Assembly (NCBI RefSeq): GCF_009914755.1
Contig: NC_060931.1
DNA from: the human T2T-CHM13v2.0 reference genome, Homo sapiens
Reading direction: 5' to 3' (one strand)
DNA: 64,000 nucleotides
A program made the translations under genes and the position numbers. Positions 55,113-64,000 of this stretch are shown piece by piece. Position 1 is the stretch's first letter; each line of letters begins with the position of its first letter. The notes beneath the pieces were generated by a model. That model saw nothing but the letters and a program-made list of their open reading frames with translations. It was not told where the DNA came from and made no database searches.

Positions 55113-55909
55113 TAGAGATGGAGTCTCCCTCTGTTGCCCTGGCTGGAGTGCAGTGGCACAATCTTGGCTTACTGCAACCTCCACCTCCCGGGTTCCAGCA
55201 TTTCTCTGCCTCAGCCTCCTGAGTAGCTGGGATTACAGGCACCCACCACCACACCTGGCTAATTTTTGTATTTTTAGTAGAGACGGGGTTTCACCATGTT
55301 GGCCAGGCTGGTCTTGAACTCTTGACCTCGTGATCCACCCGCCTCAGCCTCCCAAAGTGCTGGGATCACAGGCGTGAGCCACTGTGCCCGGCCCATGATT
55401 TACTATTTATAAGAACATGGGCTTACTACTTGTGTAATACTTATCCCTGTATTTTAGGTGGGAGTTGCTGAGGTTTGGTGACTACATCTGGCCTCTCAGG
55501 GAAATGGCCAAGTTGTTCACATCTCACCTGTATAATGTGAAGTTGTTTGTCAGCTTCATTGGTTACTACTGTGAAATGAGTTATAAAGGGAAATTTTTAT
55601 TTTTATTTTTTTATTTTTAGTAGAGACGGGTTTTCACCGTGTTAGCCAGGATGGTCTCAATCTCCTGACCTCATGATATGCCTGCTTCGGCCTCCCAAAG
55701 TGCTGGGATTACAGGCATGAGCTACCGTGTCTGGCCATAGTAAGGAAAATTTTTTATAAAAAGAAATAGATTTAGGCTGAGTGCAGTGGCTCACACCTGT
55801 AATCCTAGCACTTTGGGAGGCCAAAGTGGGTGGATTGCCTGAGCTCAGGAGTTTGAGACCACCCTCGGCAACATGGTGAAACCCCATCTCTACTAAAATA
55901 CAAAAATCA

Positions 55910-56080
<171 letters not shown>

Positions 56081-56319
56081 CTAGTACCAGATGCTTTTTG
56101 GTCTCCTAATGACCTATCAAACTGCAGGGTTTTCTGGCTTTGTAATATATTCAGTTCCACATTTATTCAAGAATTGAGGACTTTTTATATCTTCATTATG
56201 TGCCAAGTACTGGGTGGGACAGTAGGTGACAGAGATGAACAAATCCCTAATCCCAGGATTTCACAGTGGATGTTGGAATTTAGTGCCATTTAGCCTCATT
56301 CAATTCTGCAGTAGTCCCA

Positions 56320-57325
<1,006 letters not shown>

Positions 57326-57993
57326 TAAATCAGCCTATTATTGAATCAGTCAATGTCCTCTGTAGGAGGGACTTCTCACACCAGTGGTGCATATCTGTAT
57401 GTTAGCTGGTGTAGGGAGGGACATGGTCAGAATGGCTCTGTCTGTGTGGAATAGTTTTGCTTAGCATAATCCCAGCAGGCTCCTATTGGGGTTAAGCCAC
57501 AGTTTTAGCCTTATTAGTATCACTCTTTAATCATAAAGTCAGAGGATGTTAAAATTGAAAGGGATTTGGGAGACTATTCGGTTCGCTTTCTCATTATTGA
57601 TGTGAGACTAACAGAGCCTAGCAAAAGTAAGTTAATTACTCACAATCGTAAAGCTGTACAGGTCAATCTGAAATTAGGCTTCTGACATCACTCTGTAGTC
57701 TTTCCTACGTGAGTTCTCCCCTGGCTGAGACAGTTCATGGGCTTTCAGGTTTGACAATTTTCTCTCCAGTCTCTAAACAGGAGCTTCTATCTGGACATTC
57801 TAGGTTAGCCTAGATGGATGATGACCCTGTGAGGTGTGGAAAATCCCAAAGGTTGACCACTGTGAATAGGAACTACCCTAGATGTGTCAGGAGCACCGCA
57901 GGCACGCTCACTCCTCCATTTGCTGGAGTCATGTAGGGTGGACGAAACCCAAATCAAGACCATTTGCTGCTTCAGTTCTTTTATTGCATGTGA

Positions 57994-58335
<342 letters not shown>

Positions 58336-58454
58336 TAGAGATGGGGTTTTACCATGTTGGCCAGGTTGGTCTCGAACCCCTGACCTCAGGTGATCTGCCT
58401 ACCTCAGCTTCCCAAAGTGCTGGAATTACAGGCATGAGCCACTGTGCCCAGCCA

Positions 58455-58973
58455 ATAACAGATATTTTTTGAGCCCCTGCCAAGTGCCAGGCACAGATCT
58501 AGGTGCTGGGAACTAAGGGGAGAATGAGTAAGACAGTCTCTTTTCTCGGGGAGCTTCCGTTCTAGTGGTGGTGGTGTGGTGGTGGAGAAGCAGGCTATAT
58601 ACATGCAACAAATGATATGTGTTCAGACGGTGATAAGTAATTTGAAGAAAATAAATAGAGCTTTGGGAGTTAGAAAGTTTGGGCATTAGGATGGGCACTG
58701 ACCTATTGGGGTGGGCAGTGAAGACCTCTCTGAGGAGGTGACATTTGAGCTGAGGCAGCTCACTGGGCAAGAGTGGTTGTGATGGGTAGAACATGAAGTG
58801 CAGGGACCTGAGATGTGAGTGGACTTGGCACGGTGTTTAAGCACCATAAAGATGGTCAGGGTGGCTGGAGCATAGTGGATCCTGGAGAAGCAAGTAATAC
58901 TCAGATGAGGATGGAGCACCTTCTAGGCTATGGAAAGGAATCTGGATAATTCCAATGGAGTAAGAAGCACTGC
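58455..58973 (-). mobile_element. L2 3' fragment
   Basis: atatttttgagcccctgccaagtgccaggcacag...ctctctgaggaggtgacatttgagctgag is the L2 reverse complement. Confidence 0.75.
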
Positions 58974-58981
58974 AATTAAAT

Positions 58982-59205
58982 CAGGGGTCGGCAAACTCTG
59001 TGGCCCATGGGTCAAATCTAGCCTGATGCCTTTTTTTATGAATAAACCATATTGGAACACAGTCTCACCCATGGGTTTACATATTGTCCATGGCTGTTTT
59101 TAATGTTACAAGAGCAGAGTTGAGTAGTTTCAACAGAGAACATATGGCCCAGAAGCCTAAAATATTTACTCTCTGGTTTTTATAGAAAAAGTTTACTGAC
59201 CCCTG
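58982..59205 (+). mobile_element. MER58A hAT-Charlie MITE, complete
   Basis: TIRs CAGGGGTCGGCAAACT / AGTTTACTGACCCCTG; 8-bp TSD aattaaat / aataaaat (1 mismatch). Confidence 0.9.
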
Positions 59206-59389
59206 AATAAAATCTCAGTTTTGAGGAGGAGACACTCTGGGTACTATTGGCATGGTGTACCCAGGTATACTTTTGTCTCTTACCATTCCCAGACTGGGTA
59301 TTACTCTGTGAATGAATGGTAAGAGACAAGAGTGTACGTGAATAGTTCAGATAAGAAATAACTAGATGTTTGCTGGGTGCGGTGGCTCA

Positions 59390-59674
<285 letters not shown>

Positions 59675-59790
59675 CTAGATGTTGAGCCACCAGAAAACAA
59701 AGATCACACTGTTTTTATTCTGTTTAAAAACACCTAGCTATGCTTCATACTCATTAAATATTGTTGAATGAGTGATGAGATGCTGAATAG

Positions 59791-60135
<345 letters not shown>

Positions 60136-61745
60136 TAGTCAGGATGGTCTCTATTTGCTGACCTCAGGTGATCTGCCTGCCTCAGGCTCCCAAAGTGCTG
60201 GGATTACAGACATGAGCCACCGCGCCCAGCCAAAGGCAGCTTTTTAAAGGGTTGCACAGCACTTCATATGCTACTTAAAATGAGATTATTCTTCTTCATT
60301 CTTAGAATGCCAGTTGGTTTTATTCGTTGATAAATTCCCAGTTAGTCATACTCACAAGCGCAACATTGTTGATGGGTCTGACATCCCTTCGTAACTTAAG
60401 AATCATTAGTATGACTGCCCTATGGAGGCATACTGCTCTATCTCAGGTTTATTTCAATAATAAAACCTTTGGAAGTTTTAATAATGAAACCTACTTAAGG
60501 CCCTTTGCTCAAGAAGTCTGAGTCACTAATCACCGCAATTACTCCCATGGCAGCTGTAGAGCAATTTAACAGGATAATAGTGAATAAGATAAATTACACT
60601 TCAGATTCTTAATGGATTGATGTGCAAAAGTATGTTAGGGAAGATGGGGGTGGGAGAAGAGTGCCTTTCAAATTTCTGCACACAGTAATACAATAGGGAA
60701 CTGGGCCATTGTAGCCATTACTGCTAGGGATTAGTCATCTAGTAACAACCTCTGGGGCTCAGTGGTGAGTAGAACATCCTGTTTATTATAGACAGCAAAT
60801 TGGGTTAATTCTCTTGTTTGTGTGCCTCTGTGGAGGGGGTGGAAATTCTAGGTGATCTGCTAATTGTCTGATTTAGAATACTCCCCTTTCTACTAAAGAA
60901 TTAGTATCTTTGATGTGAAAATAGGGAGGCAGACCAGTTTTACAAATAGCTACTGGCCAGGAGAATAAGTTTCTGCCAGGTGAGTGGTTAAAAAAAGGCA
61001 GACTGGAAAAATAACTGTGGGATGGTAAGTATTTCTTATTTACAAGGCTAACATAAGTTCTCTCCATGTGTTGGGGATGGAAGAAGGGATGGATTGGTTA
61101 AGAAGTGAGTACTATGCTTGCTTTGAGTGTCCCTCGATTTGTGTTTAGGGGAGAAAAGTGAGGATGTGGTTATATGGGTAGGGGGTGGGCCCAGGGAAGG
61201 GGCCCAAGGAAGGAAATTCAGGAGACTTGACTGCAGTTCCATCCTTATGGACATTCCTTGGCACCTGGTCACATTATGGATGTCTCACCATCTGCTGGGT
61301 ATTGATTTTTCTTTTTTTTCTTTTTCTTTTTTTTTTTTTTTTAAGACAGAGTTTCACTCTTGTTGCTTAGGCTGGAGTGCAATGGCGCAATCTTGGCTCA
61401 CCGCAACCTCCACCTCCTGGATTCAAGTGATTCTCCTGCCTCAGCCTCCTGAGTAGCTGGGATTACAGGCATGCGCCACCACACCCAGCTAATTTTGTAT
61501 TTTTTCTAGAGACAGTGTTTCTCCATGTTGGTCAGACTGGTCTCTAACTCTCAACCTCAGGTGATCCGTCCGCCTCAGCCTCCCAAAGTGCTGGGATTGC
61601 AGACATGAGCCACCTCGCCTAGCCAGTCACGATTTTAAAAAACCACCATAGCCTAGTTAATGATGTTTAATAGCTCATCACCACGAATCATTGTGCACAC
61701 TCGCTATACCAGAGGCTCTAAACTACCCAATTTTTTTTTTTTTAG

Positions 61746-62068
<323 letters not shown>

Positions 62069-63515
62069 TAAAAAGGAAATGAGGGAGTTGCCATGACTGC
62101 GGTTAGCAGTGTGAAGACCCTAGAAAACCAGTGTGAACTCCTGGGGGTTCACAGTCTACTGCCTGTTCAAGAGCCTTAGAAAACCAGGAGCCTTAGGAGA
62201 CCAGGTTCTGAAAGCTTCCCAGGGCTGTATAAACTTCTACATTAAGTTCCATGATGCCCGATGAGTAGTCCCACATTTCCACAGTAGACATGCTGTTGCT
62301 GCCTCCTTCCTTATCATGAAAAGAGCAGAAGATGCCGATAATACATGAAGCAGGAAGACAAAGGGGAGACACTGAACTTGTCACCTACCTTTGGATGCCC
62401 CTCATGCCTCATGTTTCCCATTGAGCCTCACTTATCAGTGACACAGGGAATGGTCCCTTTGCTCTCCACTTTCCCTGTGGCTTCCTGGAGGTAGGGGAGG
62501 CAGATCGTGCTACTTGCTGATATTATGTTGCTGTGGATTCGTTGGAGCGACAGGAACAGGAAATTTTCCTGGTGGTGTATGTGTCACTGGGGCTCACAGG
62601 GGTACTTTTTAATGTTCTCACTGGCCTCTGTGATTCTGTGACCCTGGTTATTACATGTTCAGAAAGTGTCAGCTTATTTGAAAGTGATACTCTTATCTTC
62701 TATTTAAACATTGCCAAAAACCATCACACTTTTTTTTAAATTAAAACATTTTTGTATTTTTTATTTTCTGGAGACAAGAGTCTTGCTCTTTGATATAGAC
62801 ATGAAGGGACTCATAGTCCTTCCCCTACAATATGTCTTTAATTTAATAACATATCAATGAAGGGTCATGTCTGAATGAATTATAGAAATTCAGGACCTAA
62901 AAAAGGAAGGTCCCAGAAACCGGGCTTTGGTTTATTTCTACTACTACACTTGCTATTGAAACCAAGCAGACAACTTCATTTCTCTTGGATTCAGCTTTCT
63001 CATGTGTCAGAATGGGAGAGGAAGGGAGGCATTGGGATAAGTGTCATTCCACCGTCTGTACTTCTAATCTGGCTAACACACGTGTGAAAAATACTGAGAT
63101 TTGTTGACAGCAGTTTCCTGGACTGCTGTCTTGAACAATTCTGAGGAGGTTTAGCAAGAAAGTGTGTTTCAGTTGATTGGGTGTATCTGTCATGGAGAAG
63201 GAAGTAAGGAGTGGGGAGCACTTGCAGCATTCCCGGACATTCCTGTCCATTATCTCAATACCTGGTGCTGACGTTTCCTGCCCCTTATCAGGAATCCTGA
63301 CTACTCTGTGTCTGATGACTTGAACTTACTGAGTACTGCTTAGTTGCGTCATAGATACCACCTGTCTTTGAACAGCTACCCTGCCTCTTGATGAGAATGC
63401 AAAGGCTGCTAAGGGCCACTGCTGTATGGAATGGCCTTCGGTCATCTCTTCTTAGAACACAGAGGTCATTTTGACTGATAACATAACTCTCCTTTTGATT
63501 GAAAGTGTTAACATG

Positions 63516-63824
<309 letters not shown>

Positions 63825-64000
63825 TTAAAATATTCCTCCTGAAAGTACTTATCTTTTAGGCTTGTTCTTCAGATTTGCCCAATATGCTAAGCAAAATGCC
63901 TTCAATATGAAGTGACTATTGCTCGATTGTAGGGAACTTGTTCATAATGTACTTGAGAATGCAGATACAAATAAAAGAATGTGTGTGTCAAATTTTATCT

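Overview
Primate (human-like), very Alu-rich genomic DNA with no intact protein-coding gene. It is a mosaic of duplicated gene fragments. From left to right: an Alu/L1/LTR cluster (1-12.4 kb); a CpG-island promoter followed by a complete 14-exon but heavily disabled unprocessed CCT6A pseudogene (13.3-25.8 kb, +; most likely CCT6P1) that still hosts two intact H/ACA snoRNAs (SNORA22 and a SNORA15 paralogue); SUMF2 exons 1-2 only; a frameshifted NUPR2 copy (-) with an intact CRE/UPRE/CCAAT CpG promoter; and six GTF2I-derived pseudo-exons (35.7-51.8 kb, +). This layout matches my recollection of the 7q11.21 copy of the 7p11.2 PSPH-CCT6A-SUMF2...NUPR2 block. That placement and all reference comparisons are from memory, not from a search. 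Notable structures read from the sequence: (1) an 85-nt insertion in CCT6 exon 2 apparently copied from an Alu 1.16 kb downstream; (2) an L1 insertion with an 18-bp TSD carrying a ~500-bp 3' transduction and an internal deletion; (3) a 1.87-kb foreign segment splitting an Alu with no TSD; (4) possible decayed exons of an unidentified minus-strand gene at 54-64 kb. Almost all ORFs in the supplied track are Alu artefacts.
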